A stretch of DNA of 64,000 bases. It comes from Saccharolobus islandicus REY15A (GTDB lineage Archaea > Thermoproteota > Thermoprotei_A > Sulfolobales > Sulfolobaceae). The DNA lies in the NCBI RefSeq assembly GCF_000189555.1, contig NC_017276.1; one strand, given 5' to 3'. The notes beneath the pieces were generated by a model. It was not told the DNA's origin and made no database searches. It saw only the letters and a program-made list of their open reading frames with translations. The position numbers were made by a program, and so were the translations under genes. Numbering within the stretch: the first letter of the stretch is position 1; each line of letters opens with the position of its first letter. Below, one piece after another: positions 23,270 to 37,005 of the stretch.

Positions 23270-23869
23270 GTGAATTTGATAGACTATTTGATATCTCTGA
23301 GAACGGGAAAGGTACTTTTGCAGTCATATCACATGAATGTAAAAATCGCTTTAATTTACGATATTGCACAGAGATTATATAAGGATAGAGTTAGCATATG
23401 TATTATTAATTACGAAAAATTCTTAAAATTGTCTGGGAGAGAAATAGATCAGAGATGTGATGAGAGTTCATACGTAATCGTTTTCGAGGCTGAGGGACCC
23501 CCTGACTTACCAATGCGATATAATCTGGTAACGAGTTTTGTAAAAATAAATAGGTATTTTGACGACATTTTAAAGATAGATAAAGTTTCTACGAATTTAT
23601 ATAAGGCTCAAAATAATGCCGGAGATTTGTTTATATTTAGCGTAATTAATGGAGAGATAATTGAAAGGAAATTAAGACCCATACATGAGGATATTATTAA
23701 TTTTTTAAAGGAATATGAAGGAGAAATTGAAATTAAAGATTTAATAAATATCATTTCAAAAAAATATGAAATAAGTAGAGATAATGTTAGAGTTGAGCTA
23801 GCACTTCTTAAAGAGTTAGGTATAATAGAAGTTAAAGATCGAAAAGTTATCCTTACTCAATTATTATAG
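23270..23869 (+). CDS. Hypothetical protein with C-terminal winged helix
   Basis: C-terminal [35 protein letters not shown] wHTH pattern. Confidence 0.7.
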   Translation: MNLIDYLISLRTGKVLLQSYHMNVKIALIYDIAQRLYKDRVSICIINYEKFLKLSGREIDQRCDESSYVIVFEAEGPPDLPMRYNLVTSFVKINRYFDDILKIDKVSTNLYKAQNNAGDLFIFSVINGEIIERKLRPIHEDIINFLKEYEGEIEIKDLINIISKKYEISRDNVRVELALLKELGIIEVKDRKVILTQLL

Positions 23870-26687
23870 CTGGTCTTAGGGGCATGGCTTCTTTATTATA
23901 TGCCTTTTTGACTTCCTCATTATAAGCCTCTACTTGAATTTCCACATTTAACTTTCTTCTAATGTATTTTGATAACTCATTAAGCACATCTACCTCATTA
24001 ATATTGTAGTTCATAATTAATTTCTTCATTTTATCATCAATTTCTAAAGACTCATTGAAGATTTTCTGTAAAACTCTAGCATCCTCTTTACTTTTAGGTT
24101 TATGAGCATCCATAAACTTTTTCATTTGCCCATTAGCCTCTATAGCGTCCCTAAGCAATTCCACGTACCTAGAATCGTTCAAAGCGTAAATTTTAATGAG
24201 CTTTGGTGTTCCCTTAAAGACATTTAAGATAGACCTTATATCTTCAACTATTCTTTTCATATATTCATGTTTCAATAGTGTTAGTTCGTCTATCTTTGAA
24301 CCTTCGATTTCAGGCCATTTTTCATTTACTATAAATGTAGTTTGTTTTAAGATTTCGTGCCATATTTCCTCTGCTAAGTGCGGAGCGAAAGGTGTAATAA
24401 GCTTAAGCCATATTGTTAGGACTTCCCGTAAGAGTTTGTTGTTTGCCCTTCTCCCCTCAGCGTTTACCATACCGAAGTATTCATCTAAATCTGAAGAGAA
24501 TACAAATAGTAATTCATTGGCGGCATCTCTCAGCTCTAACGCTTCCATATGTTTTGTTGTATTAGTTGTGATCTCATATATTCTTGATGATAACCATTTC
24601 TCTGGGAATCCAAAGGTGTCTTCAGTATAATTATCTAAGCTCTTGAAGAGTTCATACATTCTTCTTAAGGTTTCTCCTACGGTTTTAACTAAAGATTCGG
24701 AGAAGTTTACATCTGATCCCATATCAGCTGTAGATGATACTGCAATGCGCATTACATCAACTCCATACATTTTTAGACCTTTTCTTAACGGTATAATATT
24801 TCTAAGCGATTTGCTCATTTTCTTTCCTTCATATAATACTAAACCATTTACAGCAATTGCTTTTGGCCATAAGTTCTCTTGGAAGATTGCAGCATGATTA
24901 AAGATGAAGAAAGTCAAATGGTTCGGAATTAGGTCCTTTCCACTATGTCTAATGTCTAAAGGATACCAATATAAGAATTCTTCTCTTAACTCCTTTATGA
25001 TATTAGAGGGTATTCCAGTATTTTTGCTTACATCTTCTAAATTACCTATGCCTAACATTACATAATCCCAAAATTCTTGAGTTAACTTGGAGGGTGATAT
25101 TTTATATTGTTTAATTTTGTGGGAAATAGTGTAAAATGCCATATAGATTGTCGAATCGCTTAAACTCTCTATTATCCATTTCTTATCCCAAGGTAGCGGA
25201 GTACCTAACCCTCTAGTTCTCGCACAAGCTCTTTTCTCTAACCATTCAATAGTGAATTCAAAATCCTTTCTGGATTCCTCAGGGATTATCTGCATTTTAG
25301 ATAGAGATTTTCTCGCGAGTTCCTTCCATTCTTCATTTGAATAATCTAGGAACCACTGATCTTTAAGTATCTTAACTACAATTTCTGTGCCACACCTACA
25401 ATATACTGGTTTATTCATTATTTCGAATATTTTTCTACCTAAGCCTTTAGAAATTAAGAAGTTAGTTATTAGTTCTCTACCCTTGGGAACGGGAAGTCCA
25501 CCTAAATTCTTCAACTCATTTCTATACTCTTCCTTAATCAAATTTTCAAGATCAGACCTTAATATACCCTTATTGTACTCTGTTCTATACACATATTCTG
25601 TTAATTTCTTTAGATCCTCATCATTCTTTGGGTTGTTCTTCTCCACAACGTCTTTAGCTAACTCATTTCCTAAACCTTCAACTGTAATTACTGGTATTAT
25701 CCCAATATTATTATTTTTAAGCATCTTCTTGGAATAGTAGTAATCAAAAGGAGCATGAGCTGGAACACTCATGACAACGCCTGTCCCTAAGCTAGCATCA
25801 ACGAAGTCTGCCCCCATTACTACTATATACTTTCCGGTTATTGGGTTTTCTACTTTAAGCCCAACTAGTTTTGACCCCTTTATCTTATCCTCAATTTCTA
25901 TATTATCTATTTGAAAGGATAACTTAGTAGCAGATTTCTCGCTCAATATCATCTTTTTGTCCAATATATTAGCAATTACATACATCTCATTAGGATTTAT
26001 CCATAATCCTGTAGCCCCAAATATTGTTTCTGGCCTAAGCGTAGCTGCTGGAAATATACCCTTTTCTGAATTGAAATATATTAATACAAATTCGCCTATT
26101 TCTGGTTCTACATCTCCTTTAGTGTCGTGCATACCAACTGGTATATGATGAACTGGGCACCATCCTACAGGGTGTGTATCTTTTACTACATATCCCTTGC
26201 TCTGTAATTTATGAAATTGCCACGTTACAAATGATGAAAATTCTGGATCAATTGTTGTAAATTCCCTTCTCCAGTCTATTCCTAATCCTATTTCTCTCAT
26301 TGAAGTCTTTATATCCTCTTTAAAATAGTTTGCCATGAATAGTGGATCAGACATTCTAGGGATTACGTCTGGTGATATTTCATAAATATCCTTAAATGTC
26401 TCTATGAGCTCTTTATCTCCTTTTGCAATTGCGTCAGCCATAGCCATTATAGGCGTTCCGGTGTAGTGAAATGCCATGGGGAATAATACGTTATATCCTC
26501 TCATTCGTTTATATCTAGCTAAAATATCTCCAGTGACGTAGGTTCTTCCATGCCCTATATGCCAAGGGCTGTTAGGATAAGGAAATGCAACTGTAGTGAA
26601 AAATTTAGATCTATTAGAATTTGGGTTAGACTCATAAACTTTAGCTTCCTCCCATTTAGTCTGCCACTTGTGAGCAACGTTATTCAA
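23853..26687 (-). CDS. leuS: Leucyl-tRNA synthetase (archaeal type)
   Basis: [31 protein letters not shown]; possible 11-codon N-terminal extension to 26720. Confidence 0.95.
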   Translation of the reverse strand: MNNVAHKWQTKWEEAKVYESNPNSNRSKFFTTVAFPYPNSPWHIGHGRTYVTGDILARYKRMRGYNVLFPMAFHYTGTPIMAMADAIAKGDKELIETFKDIYEISPDVIPRMSDPLFMANYFKEDIKTSMREIGLGIDWRREFTTIDPEFSSFVTWQFHKLQSKGYVVKDTHPVGWCPVHHIPVGMHDTKGDVEPEIGEFVLIYFNSEKGIFPAATLRPETIFGATGLWINPNEMYVIANILDKKMILSEKSATKLSFQIDNIEIEDKIKGSKLVGLKVENPITGKYIVVMGADFVDASLGTGVVMSVPAHAPFDYYYSKKMLKNNNIGIIPVITVEGLGNELAKDVVEKNNPKNDEDLKKLTEYVYRTEYNKGILRSDLENLIKEEYRNELKNLGGLPVPKGRELITNFLISKGLGRKIFEIMNKPVYCRCGTEIVVKILKDQWFLDYSNEEWKELARKSLSKMQIIPEESRKDFEFTIEWLEKRACARTRGLGTPLPWDKKWIIESLSDSTIYMAFYTISHKIKQYKISPSKLTQEFWDYVMLGIGNLEDVSKNTGIPSNIIKELREEFLYWYPLDIRHSGKDLIPNHLTFFIFNHAAIFQENLWPKAIAVNGLVLYEGKKMSKSLRNIIPLRKGLKMYGVDVMRIAVSSTADMGSDVNFSESLVKTVGETLRRMYELFKSLDNYTEDTFGFPEKWLSSRIYEITTNTTKHMEALELRDAANELLFVFSSDLDEYFGMVNAEGRRANNKLLREVLTIWLKLITPFAPHLAEEIWHEILKQTTFIVNEKWPEIEGSKIDELTLLKHEYMKRIVEDIRSILNVFKGTPKLIKIYALNDSRYVELLRDAIEANGQMKKFMDAHKPKSKEDARVLQKIFNESLEIDDKMKKLIMNYNINEVDVLNELSKYIRRKLNVEIQVEAYNEEVKKAYNKEAMPLRPAIIIE

Positions 26688-26769
26688 AAAGTCAATAAAG
26701 TCCCTATACTGTGAGCTTATTTTACTTCACCAAAAATGATATAGCTAGGTCTTTTTTAAATATTAACTA

Positions 26770-27294
26770 ATGTTCACCAGAACTGGAGACGATGGAAATA
26801 CCAATGTAGTATCTAAGAGAGTAGGAAAAGATTCACCTCTAGTAAATCTATTAGGGGATATAGATGAGCTTAACTCCTTCATAGGTCTTGCATTAACAAA
26901 AATAGAATGGGAAGATATGCAAAACGATCTCATGCGTATTCAAACTGAGTTGTTTGTATTAGGTGAGGAGATTATTCAAGATAGAGGTAGAATAAATGAG
27001 GAGACTGTAAAGTGGTTAGAGAGTAGAACTGTCGAATATAGGAAAGAAAGTGGTCCTGTAAGGTTATTTGTAATACCAGGTGGTTCTGAGGAGGCTTCAT
27101 ATTTGCATGTAGCAAGAAGCGTTTCTAGAAGGGTTGAAAGAAATGCAGTAGCTTACTCTAAAGAACTGAATTTCAATAAATGGATAATTGTTTATCTGAA
27201 CAGATTATCTTCTTTACTATTTTCCATGGCCATAGTAGCAAATAAGAGGAAAAACGTAAAGGAGAGACTTTATGATATAGGCAAGTATTTTTGA
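26770..27294 (+). CDS. ATP:cob(I)alamin adenosyltransferase (PduO type)
   Basis: [33 protein letters not shown]. Confidence 0.92.
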   Translation: MFTRTGDDGNTNVVSKRVGKDSPLVNLLGDIDELNSFIGLALTKIEWEDMQNDLMRIQTELFVLGEEIIQDRGRINEETVKWLESRTVEYRKESGPVRLFVIPGGSEEASYLHVARSVSRRVERNAVAYSKELNFNKWIIVYLNRLSSLLFSMAIVANKRKNVKERLYDIGKYF

Positions 27295-28241
27295 TATTCT
27301 TGAGGCATTAAACCAGATCTGATTAGTAATTCACAATTTTTACATATCGTTCTTCCGGGCGTAGTGGGTTCTCCACATATTATACAATTAGGTAATTCAC
27401 TAGTAAGTCTGTGCTCTTTTTTGAGTTTCTCTGAAATCTCATCAAACTGTTCTAGTATTCTCAGTAATGTTCCAGGTTTTTTCTCCTCTAGCTTGTACAA
27501 TAGTTCTCTGACCTTAGCCCTTAGAGTTGGTTTTTGAGAAATATATGGGCATTCAGTTTCTTGAAACTCAAATCCTTTGAGATGAGCATAGATTGTTGTC
27601 TCCCACTCGTAGATTTTTCTTAATGGCTTTACTCTCATTACAAACTTACTACTTACTATTAATGGCTTATCACCTAATCTTATTAGTCTCAACAAGTCTC
27701 CTCTTATCAAATTTATAATTATAGTTTGCACCTCATCGTCTAAATTGTGCCCAGTTGCCACGTAATCTGCGTCTACTTTAATTCCAGCTTCATTAATCAA
27801 CTTCCTTCTAAATCCTCCACAAAAGGTACAAGCGGATACATTAAGGTTCCTCTTTAACGAAGCTTGTAGCATCTCGTCTAGAGAAAAACCAACTTCTTCT
27901 TTAAATCCGCTCTTTATTAACTCAATCCCTAGATCTTTTAAGTACTCCTCAAGTTTCTTCACGTCTTCACTTCTATTATATCCCCTTATACCCTCATTTA
28001 TATTGAATGCTATTAGTTTAGATGGGTTTATAAATTGAGACAAGGTATCGGCTAATACTAGGCTATCCTTTCCCCCTGATACTGCCAAAAGGATTTTATT
28101 GGAATTGACTAACTCCTGCTTTTGAGCCTCTAATTTAACTCTTTTCCTAACGTCTTCCATAAAGCATTCTTTACATAATTTTCTTCCAGTATGTGTTTGT
28201 AGAACTACCGCTTCTCGTGTCTTGCAATTATCACAAATCAT
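27270..28241 (-). CDS. tRNA 2-thiolation PP-loop ATPase (TtuA/Ncs6/NcsA family)
   Basis: N- and C-terminal Zn fingers, SGGKDS, CTFCG..RR, GHNLDD, KPL, ECPY. Confidence 0.9.
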   Translation of the reverse strand: MICDNCKTREAVVLQTHTGRKLCKECFMEDVRKRVKLEAQKQELVNSNKILLAVSGGKDSLVLADTLSQFINPSKLIAFNINEGIRGYNRSEDVKKLEEYLKDLGIELIKSGFKEEVGFSLDEMLQASLKRNLNVSACTFCGGFRRKLINEAGIKVDADYVATGHNLDDEVQTIIINLIRGDLLRLIRLGDKPLIVSSKFVMRVKPLRKIYEWETTIYAHLKGFEFQETECPYISQKPTLRAKVRELLYKLEEKKPGTLLRILEQFDEISEKLKKEHRLTSELPNCIICGEPTTPGRTICKNCELLIRSGLMPQEYQKYLPIS

Positions 28242-28518
28242 CCTTTACCTTTCCCTCGATTATTCTATTCCCACTCACTACTTCGTCAATACTATGGATT
28301 GCACATCCCTCTTCTTCTAGCATTTTTCTTATATCATCAAAATTGAGACTAGTTCCTTCAATTATTATCATTAATCCCATAGTTTCAACATCCATATCAG
28401 TGACACTTATATTTACACCTTCTACTCCATCCAATTTTGATATCCTCTCGGCTAAGTCAACTATCGATGTTCCCCTAATGGGCTTCAGAACGTCTAAAAC
28501 AAGTCTTCTAATTGCCAC
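28231..28518 (-). CDS. DUF211-family protein
   Basis: [11 protein letters not shown]...IHSIDEV pattern. Confidence 0.85.
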   Translation of the reverse strand: MAIRRLVLDVLKPIRGTSIVDLAERISKLDGVEGVNISVTDMDVETMGLMIIIEGTSLNFDDIRKMLEEEGCAIHSIDEVVSGNRIIEGKVKDDL

Positions 28519-28629
28519 TGCTCATCAGATACATTAGTATTAATCAATTAGCATTAAAAACTTACTTTTAACCGCGATCAGGCGGAAATAAATTTATAAA
28601 TGATAAAGTAGAGGGGTTTAAGTGGGGGG

Positions 28630-28991
28630 TTGATGATGGGGGTAGAGTTAGCTTTTCCTAAAGTAGTAGGAAAGCAAGTATATGGAAGCTTATATGATTG
28701 CGATGAAAACGTTTTAAAAGATACTAAAAGACTAGAGCAAATAATAAAGGAAGCAGCAGACGTGGGTAATATGAACATTCTTGACATAAAGTCATGGAAA
28801 ATTGGGGAAGGTGTAAGTGTAGTGGCGATTATATTAGAAAGTCATATAACCATACATACGTGGCCGGAGTACAAATTCGCAACAGTTGATGTATACTCTT
28901 GTGGTCCACATACTAGCCCCTTAAAAGCATTTAATTATATAGTGGAAAAACTGGGGGCTAAGAAATATACTATAAATGAGGCTGATAGATC

Positions 28992-29004
<13 letters not shown>
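28630..29004 (+). CDS. speD: S-adenosylmethionine decarboxylase proenzyme
   Basis: [12 protein letters not shown] self-cleavage motif and DVYSCG; the ArgDC paralogue cannot be fully excluded. Confidence 0.85.
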
Positions 29005-30122
<1,118 letters not shown>

Positions 30123-30133
30123 TTAACGTTATC

Positions 30134-30976
30134 GTGAGTTTAAAATCTTATATGCAACTTGTTAGAATGCATAATGTTATAGGAGCAGCGTTAGGAGCGA
30201 TTATGGGCTTTTTGGTTTCCTCTCAGTGGTATCTTGAACTCAAAGGGATTTTACTATCCGCACTTGTAGTTGGCCTTATTGCAGCAGGAGGATACGTTAT
30301 AAATGACGTATATGATGTAGAAATAGATAAAATAAATAAACCGTATAGACCTATTCCATCTGGTCGAATATCTGTCAATAAAGCTAAAGCATTGTCAATA
30401 ACACTATTTGTAATAGGTATTGCTCTTTCAATTCTACTAAATATTTACGCGATAGTAATAGCGTTATTAACTACGATTGGTCTGGTATATTACGCTAAAG
30501 ATCTAAAGAAAACTGGTTTTTATGGTAATTTGTTAGTGGCAACAACTACTGCTCTTTCAATATTCTATGGTGGACTTGCATTTTTCTCTGATAATTGGCT
30601 TTTAAGAATAATAATTCCCACATTTTATTCATTCTTTCTCACGCTAATAAGAGAAATAGTAAAGGGTATTGAAGACTATAATGGGGATTTACTTAATAAC
30701 GTGAAAACATTAGCCACAACCTTGGGAATAAGTAAATCTTGGAGAATAGCTAAAATTCTACTTACGCTTCTATTGGTAATTTCGCCTTTACCGTTCTTTA
30801 TAGGTTTCAATTTAATTTATATCATAATCTTAATAATCGCTTTTATTCCCTTTACTATTCTTTCCATAATTCAAAAAGAGACAATAGAAGGGGCCTCTAA
30901 AGCTAGAACATATCTAAAAATCTCAGCAATTGCAGGAATAATCGCGTTTTTGTTAGGGAGTCTGCCAATTCTTTAA
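30134..30976 (+). CDS. Digeranylgeranylglyceryl phosphate synthase (UbiA family)
   Basis: NDVYDVEIDKINKPYRPIPSG, REIVKGIEDYNGD, multiple TM helices. Confidence 0.9.
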   Translation: MSLKSYMQLVRMHNVIGAALGAIMGFLVSSQWYLELKGILLSALVVGLIAAGGYVINDVYDVEIDKINKPYRPIPSGRISVNKAKALSITLFVIGIALSILLNIYAIVIALLTTIGLVYYAKDLKKTGFYGNLLVATTTALSIFYGGLAFFSDNWLLRIIIPTFYSFFLTLIREIVKGIEDYNGDLLNNVKTLATTLGISKSWRIAKILLTLLLVISPLPFFIGFNLIYIIILIIAFIPFTILSIIQKETIEGASKARTYLKISAIAGIIAFLLGSLPIL

Positions 30977-31950
30977 AGGCTAATTTGCTTATCTATTATC
31001 TTTCTATACCCTCCCTTTATCCCAACTACTCTTATGTTAATTACTTGAGCTTTCTTATTTTGTGGTATGGATATTGGTAATTTTAGATCTATAGCCGAAT
31101 CAATCTCTATATTGGTAAACGTTTTAAAATGAGCTGGAACACCATTTATCATAACATTTATTATTAGTTTATCTAAGCTTATCTCGCTCTCATTTTTCAA
31201 GTATAAGTAAATTATGTTGTTATTCACCTTGCTGTCGACACTAAAATTTATTTTAGGAGCTTTTTCAAGTAAGTTGTACGAGGCTAAAATAACTCCATAA
31301 TCTTTTTCATTATTTGATTGAAGCGTTGTTGTTACCACATCATTGTTTTCAATTTCTATCTCATCGCTATCAGAGCTAGGTAATACTGTGTAGATTGTTT
31401 TCCCGTCTGTATCACTTATTTTTACCATTCCTTCCTTACTCTCATTCCTTATCACAAAATATGACTTTTTCATTAATTGAAAAGAAACCGAATCGTTTCG
31501 ATTTAATATTAGTGAGCCTGCACTTAGTCTGTACTTAGTGCTAAAACCTTCAATCTTATAGAACGAAATTAGACTTAGATTCAGCAATTCAAGTGTTTGA
31601 ATAGATGGGTGGTAGACTGCTATCTGATGTTTCCCCTCTTTAGTTATAGGAGTTATATCATAGACTATAGTTGAGATAACTTGGATATCATTTACCTCAG
31701 TTTCAAGATTTGGCTTAAACTCTTTGGTTAAGGAGAAGTTATCGAACCAAAGTCTCCATCTAGGTAAATATGTTTTTTCTCGTTTAGCTTGAATTATAAG
31801 ATAAAACTTAGTAGGTTTAGATGTTATATCTATAGAGAAACTCGCTTCTTTATTTATATTACTTAGCTTGATTGATTTCGTAAAGGACTGATAATCTATC
31901 GATCCTTCAAAGTACCCTTCGTCAAATATCGCTAACTCTCCTTTAGGCAT
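30973..31950 (-). CDS. Hypothetical beta-rich protein
   Basis: About 325-aa ORF with beta-sandwich-like composition (YDITP); start moved to MPKGEL. Confidence 0.7.
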   Translation of the reverse strand: MPKGELAIFDEGYFEGSIDYQSFTKSIKLSNINKEASFSIDITSKPTKFYLIIQAKREKTYLPRWRLWFDNFSLTKEFKPNLETEVNDIQVISTIVYDITPITKEGKHQIAVYHPSIQTLELLNLSLISFYKIEGFSTKYRLSAGSLILNRNDSVSFQLMKKSYFVIRNESKEGMVKISDTDGKTIYTVLPSSDSDEIEIENNDVVTTTLQSNNEKDYGVILASYNLLEKAPKINFSVDSKVNNNIIYLYLKNESEISLDKLIINVMINGVPAHFKTFTNIEIDSAIDLKLPISIPQNKKAQVINIRVVGIKGGYRKIIDKQISL

Positions 31951-31984
31951 GCATAAAAATAGCAATTACAAGAAAATAAAATGA

Positions 31985-32773
31985 ATGCTGGGGGAAGTCA
32001 TTAAGTTGATCAAGAGATCTGATCTTATAGTTGAAGTGTTGGATGCCAGAGAGCCTTCTCTAACTAGGTCGAAGAAAATAGAGGACATTTCAATAAAAAA
32101 TGGCAAGAAAATATTATTAATATTAAACAAAGGAGATTTAGTACCCTTATGGGTTCTTAAAGCTTGGAAGGATTACTTTAAGGAAGAAGAGAACATTGAA
32201 AGTGTTTATATGTCAGCAACTTCCCATTTGGGTACTAAACTTTTACGTGATACAATGAAGTCTATATTAAAGGGAGATAAAGGGATTGTAGTGTTTGTGG
32301 GGTATCCGAAATCTGGAAAGTCTTCGATAATTAACGCTCTCAAAGGTAAGCATTCGGCTCAAACCTCGGCCCATCCATTAGAATATGGTTATACCAAATC
32401 TCTACAATTGTTTAAAATTGATAAAAAGATCTATGCGTGGGATACACCTGGCGTCATACCCCCAGATGGCGACGAACTAGAGAAAATAATTAGAGGATCC
32501 AACGTAGATTTATTAGAAGACCCCGTAAAACCCGCTTTAATTCTAATAAATAGAATTATTGAATTTTCGAAAGAGAGCTTAATTCACGTTTATAAAGTGG
32601 ATTTTTCCAATCCTTATGAACTATTAGAAAAAATAGCCATAAAGAGAGGATGGTTCTATAAGAGTACTAAAGAGCCCAATATTGATATGGCTGCTAAGGC
32701 CATAATAAGGGATTATCACGAAGGCAAAATTGCTTATTATACTCTTCCCCCTAGTCTATATAGAGATGATTAG
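31985..32773 (+). CDS. Circularly permuted YlqF/RbgA-family GTPase
   Basis: DAREP, G4 NKGD before G1 [13 protein letters not shown]. Confidence 0.92.
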   Translation: MLGEVIKLIKRSDLIVEVLDAREPSLTRSKKIEDISIKNGKKILLILNKGDLVPLWVLKAWKDYFKEEENIESVYMSATSHLGTKLLRDTMKSILKGDKGIVVFVGYPKSGKSSIINALKGKHSAQTSAHPLEYGYTKSLQLFKIDKKIYAWDTPGVIPPDGDELEKIIRGSNVDLLEDPVKPALILINRIIEFSKESLIHVYKVDFSNPYELLEKIAIKRGWFYKSTKEPNIDMAAKAIIRDYHEGKIAYYTLPPSLYRDD

Positions 32774-33266
32774 AGCAATAGTGTTTGACGCTGATAAAAC
32801 CTTGTGGGATCATCATAATATATCGGAGTTTGAAGAACCTTTAAAGCTTGTAGATGCAAACACTTTAGAGGATTCTAAAGGTAGAGTTCTCCATTTATTT
32901 TCAGACGTTAGAGAGACTCTTAAGGAATTAAAAAATAGAGGTTACATATTAGGTCTAGCTACGTGGAATTTTGAAGATAAGGCAAATAAAGTATTAGCTA
33001 CACTAGATTTGCTTCAATATTTTGATATAATTGTAGCAAGGCCTTATCCCTATAAATTTTTAATGTTGAGTCAAATAATTATTGAGATTAATGCCAAAAC
33101 TAACCTAAAAATAAAACCTAACGAAATCCTTTTCTTAGATGATAGAAGAGGGCATTTCGGGAATATTTGGCTGTATCTAGGGGATGTAAAGTGTTTAGAG
33201 ATGTGGAAAGATATTACTAGGTATAGTGAAATATTTAGCATAGTAAGTCACGTTGAAAATGAATAG
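32766..33266 (+). CDS. Mg-dependent phosphatase-1-like HAD hydrolase
   Basis: [14 protein letters not shown]. Confidence 0.85.
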   Translation: MIRAIVFDADKTLWDHHNISEFEEPLKLVDANTLEDSKGRVLHLFSDVRETLKELKNRGYILGLATWNFEDKANKVLATLDLLQYFDIIVARPYPYKFLMLSQIIIEINAKTNLKIKPNEILFLDDRRGHFGNIWLYLGDVKCLEMWKDITRYSEIFSIVSHVENE

Positions 33267-33305
33267 TTTTTATTATACACTTTATCATTGCTAAATAAAA
33301 ATAAT

Positions 33306-33320
33306 GAAAAAGTTTAAAAA
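33306..33320 (+). promoter_or_regulatory. BRE/TATA (GAAAAAG TTTAAAAA), probable ilvB operon promoter
   Basis: Canonical Sulfolobales BRE+TATA arrangement about 155 nt upstream of ilvB. Confidence 0.5.
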
Positions 33321-33473
33321 CATACATACATACAGACATAGACGTGAAAAAGATGATAGGTGAGTTCTCCCTCCAAATTTGATACGTATTTCAAAACTTT
33401 CAATAGATTTCTTGATAAAGGAAATGAAGATCGAGTTAGATATGAGGTATCTATATACAAAAGGTGATATAAA

Positions 33474-35169
33474 TTGCCAACAGGTGCACGAATTTTAGTT
33501 GATTCTCTAAAAAGAGAAGGAGTTAAGGTAATCTTCGGAATACCTGGACTATCAAACATGCAGATTTATGATGCTTTCGTGGAAGATTTGGCAAATGGTG
33601 AGCTTAGACATGTTCTGATGAGACATGAACAAGCTGCTGCACATGCTGCAGATGGATACGCAAGAGCTTCTGGAGTCCCTGGAGTGTGTACAGCCACATC
33701 TGGTCCAGGTACGACCAATTTAACTACAGGACTTATTACTGCATACTGGGATAGTTCTCCCGTAATTGCAATAACCGGTAACGTGCCTAGAAGCGTTATG
33801 GGTAAGATGGCATTCCAAGAAGCTGATGCTATGGGAGTGTTTGAAAATGTAACTAAATACGTTATTGGTATTAAGAGAATAGATGAAATTCCACAATGGA
33901 TTAAGAATGCATTTTACATTGCAACTACTGGAAGACCTGGGCCAGTAGTAATTGATATTCCTAGGGATATTTTCTATGAAAAAATGGAAGAGATAAAATG
34001 GCCAGAGAAACCGCTTGTTAAGGGTTATAGAGATTTCCAAACTAGGATAGACCGATTAGCATTGAAAAAGGCTGCTGAGATTCTAATCAATGCAGAGAGA
34101 CCAATAATTTTAGTAGGTACTGGGGTAGTATGGGCTAACGCAACCCCAGAAGTTTTAGAGTTAGCAGAACTATTGCATATTCCAATAGTCTCTACTTTCC
34201 CTGGAAAAACTGCAATACCACATGATCATCCCCTATATTTCGGGCCAATGGGATACTATGGAAGAGCAGAAGCATCAATGGCTGCCCTAGAATCTGACGC
34301 AATGCTAGTTGTAGGTGCGAGATTTAGCGATAGGACATTTACATCATATGATGAAATGGTAGAGACTAGAAAGAAATTCATAATGGTAAATATTGATCCG
34401 ACAGATGGAGAAAAGGCCATAAAGGTAGATGTCGGAATTTACGGTAATGCCAAGATAATATTAAGAGAGTTAATAAAGGCAATAACGACACTAGGTCAAA
34501 AAAGAGATAGAAGCGCATGGCTGAAAAGAGTTAAAGAGTATAAAGAATACTATTCTCAATTTTACTATACTGAGGAGAACGGAAAATTAAAGCCTTGGAA
34601 GATAATGAAGACCATTAGGCAAGCATTACCAAGGGATGCAATAGTGACCACTGGTGTAGGCCAACATCAGATGTGGGCTGAAGTGTTTTGGGAAGTATTG
34701 GAACCTAGAACTTTTTTAACCTCATCTGGAATGGGTACAATGGGTTTTGGTCTTCCTGCTGCAATGGGAGCTAAATTAGCTAGATCGGATAAAGTTGTAG
34801 TGGATCTAGATGGTGATGGTTCATTCTTAATGACCGGAACAAACCTAGCCACAGCTGTAGATGAGCACATTCCGGTAATATCAGTGATATTTGATAATAG
34901 AACCTTAGGGTTAGTAAGACAAGTTCAAGATTTGTTCTTCGGAAAGAGAATAGTAGGTGTAGATTACGGTCCTTCACCAGACTTCGTTAAATTAGCTGAG
35001 GCATTTGGTGCTTTAGGTTTTAACGTAACGACCTATGAGGACATAGAAAAGTCACTTAAGAGTGCGATAAAGGAAGATATCCCCGCAGTAATCAGAGTAC
35101 CAGTAGATAAGGAAGAACTGGCCTTACCTACGTTACCACCGGGTGGAAGATTAAAACAGGTGATCTTAC

Positions 35170-35192
<23 letters not shown>
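33474..35192 (+). CDS. ilvB: Acetolactate synthase large subunit
   Basis: MRHEQAAAHAADGYAR, TSGPG, GVGQHQMW, GDGSFLM; SD GGTGA 6 nt before TTG. Confidence 0.96.
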
Positions 35193-36541
<1,349 letters not shown>

Positions 36542-36573
36542 AATATTACAAACTTTTATTTATATAATACCTT

Positions 36574-37005
36574 ATGAACGCTAAAAAGAGGAAAGGTTCT
36601 GCAGTAGAAAGAAATATCGTAGGTAAGTTAAGGGATAAGGGTTTTGCTGTGGTAAGAGCACCAGCGAGTGGAAGTAAGAGAAAAGACCCTATACCGGATA
36701 TTATCGCCTTAAAGAGTGGTGTTATTATCCTAATTGAAATGAAGAGTAGAAAAGATAAAGAAGGAAAAATTTACGTTAGAAGGGAGCAAGCTGAAGGTAT
36801 TATGGAGTTTGCAAGAAAAAGTGGTGGGACTTTATTTTTAGGAGTTAAGAAGCCTGGTGTTTTGAAGTTCATACCATTTGATAAGTTAAGAAGGACTGAA
36901 ACTGGGAATTATGTTGCAGACTCTGAGATAGAAGGGTTAGATCTAGAAGACTTGGTAAGATTAGTAGAAGCAAAAGTGAGCAAAACGCTGGATAATTTTC
37001 TCTAA
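36574..37005 (+). CDS. hjc: Holliday junction resolvase Hjc
   Basis: GSAVER, PASGS, PDIIA, IEMK (PD-D/ExK). Confidence 0.95.
   Translation: MNAKKRKGSAVERNIVGKLRDKGFAVVRAPASGSKRKDPIPDIIALKSGVIILIEMKSRKDKEGKIYVRREQAEGIMEFARKSGGTLFLGVKKPGVLKFIPFDKLRRTETGNYVADSEIEGLDLEDLVRLVEAKVSKTLDNFL

Noticed and set aside
23853-26687. Degenerate non-aminoacylating LeuRS paralogue
   Set aside because: HIGH, KMSKS and the editing-domain motifs ([14 protein letters not shown]) look intact. Which Sulfolobales paralogue this is needs a phylogeny.
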